Under the pieces are notes generated by a model. That model was not told the origin of the DNA, did no database searches, and saw nothing but the letters and a program-made list of their open reading frames with translations. Positions 37,989 through 46,512 of a stretch of DNA of 64,000 bases are shown here, one piece after another. Positions within the stretch are counted from its first letter, which is position 1; every line of letters starts with the position of its first letter. The translations under genes and the position numbers were made by a program. The stretch is from an uncultured Candidatus Saccharibacteria bacterium (lineage in GTDB: Bacteria; Patescibacteriota; Doudnabacteria; UBA920). The stretch spans positions 549,357-613,356 of the forward strand of contig CAYQEU010000001.1 in assembly GCA_964416765.1 (NCBI GenBank). Reading direction: 5' to 3'.

Positions 37989-38121
37989 ATTTATTGATTG
38001 AATTGTGTTTTTGTTTCTATGTGGAACTATTTTGGTTCCGCTAGATTACTCACTATATCCTTATTATAGCATAGTTTAAGAAAAATTGCAACCGCATTTA
38101 GACGACTCTCCCCCGCGGGCG

Positions 38122-38127
38122 TATAAT
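38122..38127 (+). promoter_or_regulatory. -10 TATAAT 6 nt upstream of ATG (leaderless DUF192 gene)
   Basis: TATAAT-TAACTC-ATG; no SD sequence. Confidence 0.4.
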
Positions 38128-38133
38128 TAACTC

Positions 38134-38658
38134 ATGAAAGTTTACGGGAAAGAATTTGGGAAAGTTTTTGTAATTGTTTTGGCGGCGGTGTTGTGCTCCG
38201 TTGCCGTGGGAATTTATTTTATGGAAAATAAAACAGCGCCTGAGGCGGCTGAAGCCACCGGCGCGGCGCGTCTGAATTTTGACCACAATGTTATGTTGGA
38301 TGGAGCGAGCCTGAAGGTAGCGCTTGCCGACACCGACCAAACCAGACAGCAAGGGCTCTCCGGCCAAACCTCGCTGACGGACAGTGAAGGAATGATGTTC
38401 GACTTTTCCAACTCCGAACGGCGCCGTCCGGGATTCTGGATGAAAGAGATGCAATTCCCGCTCGACATCATTTGGGTTAAAGACAATGTCGTCATCGATA
38501 TCGCGCGGGATGTCCCGGCTCCCAACACGGGGACGGAACTTTCCAAGCTCCCGCTTTATTTCCCCCCAACTGAAATAGACAAAGTAATTGAAGTTAACGC
38601 GGGATGGTGCGCGCGCCACAACATTGGCAACGGCAGTAAGTTAACTATTAGCAAGTAA
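38134..38658 (+). CDS. DUF192 (COG1430) family protein
   Basis: N-terminal TM plus conserved DUF192 blocks (GLSGQTSLTDSEGMMFDF..., FWMKEMQFPLDIIWV). Confidence 0.65.
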   Translation: MKVYGKEFGKVFVIVLAAVLCSVAVGIYFMENKTAPEAAEATGAARLNFDHNVMLDGASLKVALADTDQTRQQGLSGQTSLTDSEGMMFDFSNSERRRPGFWMKEMQFPLDIIWVKDNVVIDIARDVPAPNTGTELSKLPLYFPPTEIDKVIEVNAGWCARHNIGNGSKLTISK

Positions 38659-39483
38659 TGGCTGTAACTCTGTCGCCAGCTTCACCCAGCTTTCCAAACT
38701 GATTTGTTGCGGACGAAGTTCGGGCGCGATGGAAACCTTTTGCAATACTGCCTCCACGGTTTCGCGGGGCAGTTTTAAATTGTTCGTTAGCGTGTTATGG
38801 ATTTGCTTGCGCTTGCCGGAGAAGCACGCGCGCAACACGCGGAACAAAAGTTTGCGGTCCATTTCAGGAAAGCGCGGCTCATCTAAAAATTCAATCCGAA
38901 CCACCGCGCTGTCAACTTTTGGTTTAGGGTAAAACTTTTCCGCCGGGACATTGAGCACAAACGTGGCGTCCGCGACCAACTGCACCGATAAAGCGAGCAG
39001 GTTCAAGTCCCCCACTCCCGCGGTGATGTTCTCCGCCACTTCCTTTTGTACCAGCACAGTGAGGCTGTCCGGTTTTTTTTCAGCGTTCACGAACAGCTGG
39101 ATAATTTTTCCGGTAACGTAGTACGGAATGTTGGCCACCACCACGTAAGAATCAAACTTCTTTAAGGCTTCCTGGAAATTAAATTTCAGGATATCATCAA
39201 TTTCAAATTTAAAATTTTTGTGTTTACCGGCCAGTTCGGTTAAGAGCGGAATGAAGCGCGGGTCTTTGTCGACCGACAAAACAAAATTCCCGGTGGCAAT
39301 AAGGTGCTGGGTGAGGTTAGCAATTCCCGGTCCCACTTCCAAAATCGCCTGTCCGGGTTTTATGCCGGCACCGTCAACAATGTCCTGCAAAAGAAAATCA
39401 TCAAGCAAAAAATTCTGTCCCAGTTTCTTGCTGGGGGAAAGGTTGTAATGGGCGAGGAGTTCCTGGAGCTGCTCTATAGTCAT
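38641..39483 (-). CDS. rsmA: 16S rRNA (adenine1518/1519-N6)-dimethyltransferase
   Basis: KKLGQNFL motif, SAM-binding EVGPGIANLT, 280 aa. Confidence 0.85.
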   Translation of the reverse strand: MTIEQLQELLAHYNLSPSKKLGQNFLLDDFLLQDIVDGAGIKPGQAILEVGPGIANLTQHLIATGNFVLSVDKDPRFIPLLTELAGKHKNFKFEIDDILKFNFQEALKKFDSYVVVANIPYYVTGKIIQLFVNAEKKPDSLTVLVQKEVAENITAGVGDLNLLALSVQLVADATFVLNVPAEKFYPKPKVDSAVVRIEFLDEPRFPEMDRKLLFRVLRACFSGKRKQIHNTLTNNLKLPRETVEAVLQKVSIAPELRPQQISLESWVKLATELQPLLANS

Positions 39484-39497
39484 ATGGTCATATAGTT

Positions 39498-41681
39498 TTA
39501 GAAGTCCGATGCTTCGTAGCGAAGCCCTGTGTCAATGAAACTGGAGGACGGCGCGTGGATGTCCAAAGCCTCCTGGGGCAGGGCGCGCAAGATGCGTGAT
39601 GGCGCGTTCACCTGGAGCGAGCCGAACACGCGCCGAGCACGGGCGTAAATTAAGTATAGCTGTTTTCGCGCGCGGGTTAACCCCACGTAAGCCAGGCGGA
39701 TCTCCTCGGCCAGCTGGGCCGGATCCAGCATGGACTGGGAGTGCGGCAGCAAACCTTCCTCAAGACCCACAAAAAATACCGTGTCGAATTCCAGGCCTTT
39801 GGCGCTGTGCAGAGTCATCAAGGTAACCGCGTCCTTCTCGTCTTCCACCTGGTCCAGGTCGGTTATGAGGGCAACCTCTTCCAAAAACGCGGTTAACCCT
39901 TCCCGCCAGGTCTGGTTTTCAAATTTAACAGCCACGTTAAACAGTTCTTGGATGTTTTCCACCCGGGCTTCACCTGCGTCGGTCCCGTCGCGCAACCAGT
40001 CTTCCATTTTGGTTAATTTTAAAATCAGCCTGAGGGCATCAGAAATCGTAGCGTGTGGGGGCAGGTTTTGGGCCGCGGATATTATAGAGTAAAAATCCAG
40101 TACTCCCTGTTTTTGTTTTGGCGGCAGGCCAATTTCCTGCAGGGCGGCCAGGAACTGGTCCAGATCTGACACTTCAGCATCCCGGGGGTTGGCACGGCGG
40201 TAATCGGCCACGAAAGTCTTAATAATAGAGTAAGACTTCTCTCCCACGCCGCGGGCGGGAACATTGACCACCCGCTTCAGGCTGACCAGATCGGTAAAAT
40301 TCAAGATCAGGCGGGCATACGCCAGCATGTCCTTGATTTCCTTGCGCTCGTAGAACTTCACCCCGCCCACAATTTGGTACGGGATACCACACTGGATAAA
40401 GACTTCTTCCAGCTCACGGGACTGGGCGTTAGTCCGATAAAGCACGGCGTAATTATTCAAGCCCGTTGCTTCGGGCGGCATTTGCGGCATACCCCAACCA
40501 GAAATACGTCCTGAACCGGCACGGCCGCTAAACCCGTCACCATACCCCGGCTTTTTAAGGAACTGGTCGAGGATAGAGAATGTGGTGGTTTCCGGCTCGG
40601 GTTCGGATTCATATTCCAGTTCCTGTGCGCTTTCCGCGTCCCCGGAAACTTGTTTGATGATCTGTCGGGCAATAAACAGAGCTTCTTCCCTGCCATCCCC
40701 GACTTCTTCCACCCATATCCGTTTTCCGGCGTCGTTATCGGTCCACAGCTTTTTCGGTTTTTGTTCCCGGTTCAATTCAATCACGTTTTGCGCCACCGCG
40801 AGAATATTTTTCGTGGAGCGGTAGTTTTGCTCCAGTTTTATAACCTGGGTTTCCGGATAGTCTTTTTCAAAATTCAGGATATTAGCGATGTCGCTACCCC
40901 GGAACCCATAAATACTTTGGGCATCATCCCCAACCACAAACAAATTCTTGTGGTGGAGGGAGAGGAGGTGGAGGAACATATATTGCGCCTGATTGGTATC
41001 CTGGTACTCGTCCACTAATATATAGCCGAAAATCTTCTGGTATTTTTCCAGAATCTTGGGGAAAGCCTGGAACAGGCGAATCGGCAGCATAAGCAGGTCA
41101 TCAAAATCCAGGGCATTTTGTTCGTACAGGAAATTTTGGTAGGCCGTGTACACCCTGACCACCATGTCGTGGAAAGATGGGTCGTAGCCTAAATTGAACT
41201 CACCCGGGGTTTGCAGAACATTCTTGGCTTTGGATATCACGCCGCGGAAAACCGTGGGCGGGAACTTTTTACCAATCTGTAGTTCATCACAAATTTCCCG
41301 AAGGACCCTCAGCTGGTCCTGGGCGTCAAATATAGAGAAGTCCCGGCCGTAACCTAGAACCGCGATTTCCTTGCGCAGGAGCCGCGCTCCAATGGAATGA
41401 AAAGTGCCCATATTAGGCATGCCAGCCATGGGAGAATTGCCTTTTTTCGAGCCCGACCCCAGTAATTTAAGCATCCGGGTCTGCATCTCCTTGGCAGCCT
41501 TATTGGTAAAAGTCAGCGCCAGGATATTTTCAGGAGCCACCAAACCCTGCTCTATCAAATAGGCGATCCGGAAAGTCAAAACCCGGGTTTTCCCGGAACC
41601 CGCGCCGGCCAAGACTAAAACAGGCCCCAGGGGGGCTGTAACGGCGGCTAACTGTCTGTCATTCAAGGAAGATAAATCCAT
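39498..41681 (-). CDS. pcrA: UvrD/PcrA-family ATP-dependent DNA helicase
   Basis: Walker A GAGSGKT, motifs DEYQDTN and YRS, 727 aa. Confidence 0.85.
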   Translation of the reverse strand: MDLSSLNDRQLAAVTAPLGPVLVLAGAGSGKTRVLTFRIAYLIEQGLVAPENILALTFTNKAAKEMQTRMLKLLGSGSKKGNSPMAGMPNMGTFHSIGARLLRKEIAVLGYGRDFSIFDAQDQLRVLREICDELQIGKKFPPTVFRGVISKAKNVLQTPGEFNLGYDPSFHDMVVRVYTAYQNFLYEQNALDFDDLLMLPIRLFQAFPKILEKYQKIFGYILVDEYQDTNQAQYMFLHLLSLHHKNLFVVGDDAQSIYGFRGSDIANILNFEKDYPETQVIKLEQNYRSTKNILAVAQNVIELNREQKPKKLWTDNDAGKRIWVEEVGDGREEALFIARQIIKQVSGDAESAQELEYESEPEPETTTFSILDQFLKKPGYGDGFSGRAGSGRISGWGMPQMPPEATGLNNYAVLYRTNAQSRELEEVFIQCGIPYQIVGGVKFYERKEIKDMLAYARLILNFTDLVSLKRVVNVPARGVGEKSYSIIKTFVADYRRANPRDAEVSDLDQFLAALQEIGLPPKQKQGVLDFYSIISAAQNLPPHATISDALRLILKLTKMEDWLRDGTDAGEARVENIQELFNVAVKFENQTWREGLTAFLEEVALITDLDQVEDEKDAVTLMTLHSAKGLEFDTVFFVGLEEGLLPHSQSMLDPAQLAEEIRLAYVGLTRARKQLYLIYARARRVFGSLQVNAPSRILRALPQEALDIHAPSSSFIDTGLRYEASDF

Positions 41682-42218
41682 AGTTCCTACCTATTATAGC
41701 ATCTTTGGATTGTAGGTCAGTTTCAGACAATTTCTGCTGACTTATGGCAAATTTACTCATATATAAGCCAAAAAGGGATTTTTTTTCCCTTGTTCAAGGG
41801 GTAAATGGCGAGCCTGGGGACAATTTTCTTGCCTGGCCCAAATGAGGTTGGTAGTATAGTTGAGGTTGACGAGCGCAGGCTCGTTTTCCAGTTAATAAGA
41901 TCGTAATAAGCGCTAGTTTAAGCCAAATTTTTGGTCGCAGCCCTAGATGTAACGAAAATGCTCAGAAAACGTTGCTGTTCCCGGAAAAATGGTATTTAAG
42001 GAGTTCGTATTTCCGCTTTCCTTCGAGCCCTGCAAAGGGCATTCAAGCGGGCTAAAACCTACGGTTTTGTAGCCCAGTACTACGTCAAAAAAACCTCTAT
42101 TGCCCTCTACAAGCGATTCCCTGAAATCGCAAGTTTTTACCGACACCGCTTCCCCGGCGTAACCCTCCGGGATAAACTCGACCATTGGGATTATGCCCTT
42201 AATTTCTCCAGCGAAATT

Positions 42219-43280
42219 TTGGTAGGTATCCTCGTCGGCGCAGTTGTTTTAATAAACGTTGGATTGTTCCGTTTTGGGACAGTTAAAGAATTCACTTATT
42301 CTGACGCTAGCCTTTCGGCTAAACTGCTCAGCTACCACTCCAGCCTCAACTCAGCCCTCTACGCCAAGGAAAACACTTTACGTACCACCATCAGCCAGGA
42401 TGGTTTGATTGCCCATGCCTACGCAGATACGACCTTGGCCACTCTAGCTGATGGCACTGACGCTTCCGCCGCGGCCAATGATGCCAACGCCACCGATGAA
42501 GATGCCACTTTCAGCGACAACATCATGGTTAAGCCAAACCCGGATTCCGTGCAGGGACTGGTTTCCAAGCAGGTTCAGATTTACGAGAGCCAGGGCGGCG
42601 ATACCCTTTCTTCCATTGCCCAGAAATTTAACATTTCCGTCAACACTATTAAGTGGGCCAACAACCTGCCGAGCGATACTGTAAAACCAGGCTGGTACCT
42701 CAAGATTTTGCCCCGCAACGGCGTTCTATACCAAGTAGACTCTAACGACACCTTGCCTGACATTGCCAATTACTTCCACGGCAATATGGACACTATTATT
42801 GCTTACAACGGTTTGGCCAACGCTGAAGATATTGATGCCGGCCAATGGTTGATTATCCCTGACGGCACCGTTCCCCCGCCGCCGGCACCAGCTCCCGCCC
42901 CGACTTCCAAACCAGCACCCAAGATTGCGACCAGAACCAAAGCAGGCACTCCGGTTATCGTGCACAACGGCAGCGGCCACAGCTTCCCTTGGGGTTACTG
43001 TACTTACTATGTTTCCACCCGCCGCAAGATCACTTTTGGCGGTAACGCCAAGGCTTGGCTGAGCAACGCGAAAGCCGCCGGATACGCTACCGGTTCTACC
43101 CCAGCTCCCGGTGCGGTCATGGTAACCACCGAAAGCCGCGCTTATGGCCACGTTGCCTACGTGGAAGAAGTCAGCGGCGGTAAAGTAAAGATCTCGGAAA
43201 TGAACTATTCAGGCTTCGGCAAAGTTGATACACGCTGGTTAGATATCGATTCCGGAGTTATCCGCGGATACATTTACTAA
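42219..43280 (+). CDS. Membrane-anchored peptidoglycan hydrolase: 2x LysM plus C-terminal CHAP domain
   Basis: TTG start with TM anchor; two LysM repeats (YESQGGDTLSSIAQKFNISVNTIKWANNL and YQVDSNDTLPDIANYFHGNMDTIIAYNGL); Pro-rich linker; CHAP Cys/His (GYCTYYV...GHVAYVE). Confidence 0.7.
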   Translation: MVGILVGAVVLINVGLFRFGTVKEFTYSDASLSAKLLSYHSSLNSALYAKENTLRTTISQDGLIAHAYADTTLATLADGTDASAAANDANATDEDATFSDNIMVKPNPDSVQGLVSKQVQIYESQGGDTLSSIAQKFNISVNTIKWANNLPSDTVKPGWYLKILPRNGVLYQVDSNDTLPDIANYFHGNMDTIIAYNGLANAEDIDAGQWLIIPDGTVPPPPAPAPAPTSKPAPKIATRTKAGTPVIVHNGSGHSFPWGYCTYYVSTRRKITFGGNAKAWLSNAKAAGYATGSTPAPGAVMVTTESRAYGHVAYVEEVSGGKVKISEMNYSGFGKVDTRWLDIDSGVIRGYIY

Positions 43281-43295
43281 TATCACAAAACACTA

Positions 43296-43320
43296 AACGC
43301 CCCCTAACCGGGGCGTTTTT
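43296..43320. terminator. Bidirectional intrinsic terminator
   Basis: 8-bp stem AACGCCCC/GGGGCGTT with 6-nt loop, followed by TTTTTCG. Confidence 0.55.
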
Positions 43321-43390
43321 CGTTATATAAAAACACGCCGCTCTTATAGGTATAGGAGCGGCGCGCTTGTGATTTGTCGCAATGTGTAGG

Positions 43391-43828
43391 TTACAGCCAA
43401 CCGGTGAAGCCGCCCCGGTATGAATGCGTGGGCGCGGGGGGTTTGTTACAGACCACCATGGGTCCTCTGCAAAATTTGCAATTTGTTTTCCCCAGCGGCG
43501 GATAATACTCGTCCTGAGGGCGGTTACAGTGGGGGCAGGTAACGTCATACGGATATGTTTCGCTCCGATAGACATCAACTGCCTTCTTCCGAGCAGTGTG
43601 GAAGCCGGGGTTTGCCTTGTCCTTTTTCTTCGCTCCGCCGTGGGCGCAGAGCTGATTCTTGAGCGTCCTGACGTTCCCCTTGGTCAGGCGCCCGAGTTCG
43701 GGAAGTTGGTTGCAGACGAACTTGCCACCAGCCCGCGAACTAAAAGTCAGGTTTGCTGCCTGAAACTGTTTAATTTGCGATGGAGACAACGATAAATTTC
43801 GGGATTTCACTCCCGCGTTAACTGCCAT
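43391..43828 (-). CDS. Hypothetical Cys-rich zinc-ribbon protein
   Basis: 145 aa with CxxC-like pairs (CNQL...CAHGG; CPHCNRP...CKFCRGP); strong SD AGGAGG 8 nt before the ATG. Confidence 0.45.
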   Translation of the reverse strand: MAVNAGVKSRNLSLSPSQIKQFQAANLTFSSRAGGKFVCNQLPELGRLTKGNVRTLKNQLCAHGGAKKKDKANPGFHTARKKAVDVYRSETYPYDVTCPHCNRPQDEYYPPLGKTNCKFCRGPMVVCNKPPAPTHSYRGGFTGWL

Positions 43829-43900
43829 TGCTGATTCCTCCTGAATCTAAAGCTTTGGTTGAAAATTTAGCAAACTACGCTAGCCAAAGCATTTCAATAT

Positions 43901-43929
43901 AACAAAAAAGGCTTGGATTATCAAGCCTT
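43901..43929 (-). terminator. Intrinsic terminator after the repeat-protein gene
   Basis: 8-bp stem AAGGCTTG/CAAGCCTT followed by a T-run on the minus strand. Confidence 0.45.
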
Positions 43930-43946
43930 TTGGTAATTGCTCTTAT

Positions 43947-45743
43947 TTAGTTCACGTCACTGCTTTGAACATCATCCGTGTCCAAGTGGATATTCTGGTT
44001 AGTGAAGGAATCCTTGGCTGAGAAGTTGATGCTCTTGAACAAGGTAAACGTATTGCCATTTTGGCCGCTTGAAGGAGTCACCTTTACTTGGAAACTTAAT
44101 CTTCTGGCAGGGTTGAAATCGCCAGTATGCGCCGACAGCGTATCCACTTTCCAGGTAAGTTTCCCGGTGGACGGATCGTAGCTTACCGCGCCCGCTTCTT
44201 TCGCGGTAATGCTGGATTTGTCGAAGTTAGAAATATTGGTGGCGATAAACCCGGTCAGCACGGCGTTGGTCATGTCATTATTGCTGTTGCGGAGGCTCAG
44301 GGTGACCTGGTAAACAGTGCTCGAGCCATTTTGCGGTGGGTTGGGGCCACTTACCACGCTTACGCTGGAAGATAAGTCCGCGGGACTGGATACCTTAAGA
44401 TTAACTGTATTTCCGGGCAAATAAGTGGAATACTCATTGGATTTAATCTTGACGTTCGAAACAACGGTTATGTTTTTACTGCTGTCTTTGGTTGCGGGGT
44501 TTCGCAGACGAACATTGTAAGACAGGGTACCGCTTTCGTTTGGGTTCAAGTGTTCGAAATTCGACACGCTGGCGGTGTTCCAGGTGATGGTGTTGTTATT
44601 GATCTCAGCGCCCCCTTCAGACTTTAGGGTCGACAGATCGATTGCCTTGGAGTCGATACTCGCCGATACACTGACGCCGGTAGCTGGCACCTGGGCGTTA
44701 TTTTGATAGTGGATGGTGAAAGTCAGCGTCGCGCCCGGGTCAACTATGCCGTCATGGGCTCCCTGGGCTTCCTGGGATACCAGCAAAGGGCTGCTTGAAA
44801 TCGTAGTGACCCAATCAGCACTGGCTTGGGAGTTATAGTTTCCCTGGTCATCCTGAACCTGGAAATCCGCTTTAAAGCTGGCTTTGGCACCAGGTTGGGC
44901 GGAGGTAAATGTTCCGCTAAAAGTGATGGTATTATCGTCGTTTTTCTTCAAATTTCCCACGTTCCAGATGTTATTGCCCAAATTAGGTTGCGGATCCGAA
45001 CCTCCATAGCTAAACCCTTCCGGGTATGTTACCTGAATACGGGCGTTTGATACGTCGTGATCTGACTCATTCTTATAGTGCAAGGTGTATGACACGCTCT
45101 GTGTGTTGGTGGCCGTTTGGGGGCCCGACAGTTCCATGAGGATGTCGGAAGCCTGCAGGCGCAAAGTATGGTCCGCTTCTTTCACGAAGTCCGAGTTGAA
45201 GTTGCTGTACTTGTAATGGAGACGCACGGTAAGCTTCTTTTCATCATTGACGCTGCCTTGCGCGTTAACCTTTATGATAACCACCGCGTTTTGGCCGGAA
45301 GAGAGGTCAGGGATGCTAAACACGCTGCCCGACAGATTTTGGGCGTTGGGCGTGCTGCTTAAATAGGTAAAGCCGTCTGGGTATACCACTTCCAATTCCA
45401 TCTTGGTTAACGTGGCGGGATCTTGGTTATCAACTTTGACCTTATACACCACCTGGGATCCGCTCGGGGCTGTAGCGGGGGCATCAATCGAAATGTTTAC
45501 GTTTGCCTCGCCACCCGGGCCTTTATTGCCCACATGGAAAGCAATGAAGGCCAGGACGCCGATTATTAGTAAACCGGCGATAATGGCCCAAATATACCAC
45601 TTATTAGCAAAATAAAAGTCCTTAACCTGCTCCCACCGGGAGGTTGGCTGCGGGCTTGGCGCGCCTGCCCCGGAGGCAGGCTGGAACTGGGTTTCGGGTG
45701 CCGGAGTGGAGGAATCCGCGACCGGACGAGTAGTAAAATCCAT
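43947..45743 (-). CDS. Membrane-anchored surface protein with repeated beta-sandwich (DUF11/CARDB-like) modules
   Basis: Pro-rich N-terminus, one TM (IWAIIAGLLIIGVLAFIAF), then ~500 aa of T/S/N-rich repeated segments. Confidence 0.45.
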   Translation of the reverse strand: MDFTTRPVADSSTPAPETQFQPASGAGAPSPQPTSRWEQVKDFYFANKWYIWAIIAGLLIIGVLAFIAFHVGNKGPGGEANVNISIDAPATAPSGSQVVYKVKVDNQDPATLTKMELEVVYPDGFTYLSSTPNAQNLSGSVFSIPDLSSGQNAVVIIKVNAQGSVNDEKKLTVRLHYKYSNFNSDFVKEADHTLRLQASDILMELSGPQTATNTQSVSYTLHYKNESDHDVSNARIQVTYPEGFSYGGSDPQPNLGNNIWNVGNLKKNDDNTITFSGTFTSAQPGAKASFKADFQVQDDQGNYNSQASADWVTTISSSPLLVSQEAQGAHDGIVDPGATLTFTIHYQNNAQVPATGVSVSASIDSKAIDLSTLKSEGGAEINNNTITWNTASVSNFEHLNPNESGTLSYNVRLRNPATKDSSKNITVVSNVKIKSNEYSTYLPGNTVNLKVSSPADLSSSVSVVSGPNPPQNGSSTVYQVTLSLRNSNNDMTNAVLTGFIATNISNFDKSSITAKEAGAVSYDPSTGKLTWKVDTLSAHTGDFNPARRLSFQVKVTPSSGQNGNTFTLFKSINFSAKDSFTNQNIHLDTDDVQSSDVN

Positions 45744-45786
45744 ATAATAAAAGAATAATAGCCCTTTTATTATATCACGAAAGGTA

Positions 45787-46512
45787 TTAAAGGTAGCGTT
45801 CAGACTTAATTTCCCGTTCGATCTGGTATGTCATGAACGAGCTGACCAGGTTATTCAAATGTTCAAGCCAATTATCATTTTCAGGCAGCTGTCCCCAGGA
45901 AGAGTTCTTAACACTTTGGTAGCCTTTCCACACGCTTTCGCTCGCGGTAGCGGAATCAGCCCCTCCCCGGCCATTGGAGTCATAGTAGAAACCGCCCTTG
46001 GAAGGACTAAACAAGAGAGGCTGGCCAGGAACGTACTCGGGGATCTCATGCACTCCCATTCCGGTTGATGTCATGGCTGCCAATTTGAACTTCAACAAAC
46101 CGATTTCAAGTTGCTCTTCGGATAGCTCCCCTGCGCTATCCAGGAAATCCAAAAACGCCGCGATGAGGCGGTAAAACTCGTCATTAGGTTGATTGTCCGG
46201 CAGCAACTTAGTGCATATTTCGGCCGCTACAAACCACAGCGCGACCCGTTCAGGCCGCGCATGGAGATTTGGATAGGTCATCTTTATTGAAGCGCGGATA
46301 AGCTTGGGCAAACTGGAATTTCCGGAAACCGCGGCATCTACCAGGAACATAGGTTGCAGTGCGTACTGCAGTTTGCTGGTGGACAGCTTGCTCGACTTGG
46401 AAACCGCGCGGACTTTTCCCACCCCTTCGGCAAGCATGGTGACAATTTCGTCCGCTTCGCCAAGCGGCTGCTTCTTTATGATGAAAGCGGTAAAACTGCT
46501 TTCTCGGGCCAT
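45787..46512 (-). CDS. recO: DNA repair protein RecO
   Basis: OB-fold N-terminus pattern (FIIKKQPLGEADEIVTMLAEGVGKVRAVSKSS). Start at the internal Met gives a TAATG overlap with the ileS stop. Confidence 0.65.
   Translation of the reverse strand: MARESSFTAFIIKKQPLGEADEIVTMLAEGVGKVRAVSKSSKLSTSKLQYALQPMFLVDAAVSGNSSLPKLIRASIKMTYPNLHARPERVALWFVAAEICTKLLPDNQPNDEFYRLIAAFLDFLDSAGELSEEQLEIGLLKFKLAAMTSTGMGVHEIPEYVPGQPLLFSPSKGGFYYDSNGRGGADSATASESVWKGYQSVKNSSWGQLPENDNWLEHLNNLVSSFMTYQIEREIKSERYL

Noticed and set aside
41943-42185. 80-aa minus-strand ORF in the long uvrD/LysM intergenic region
   Set aside because: No SD or promoter context and no recognisable features; the region is more likely non-coding or regulatory.
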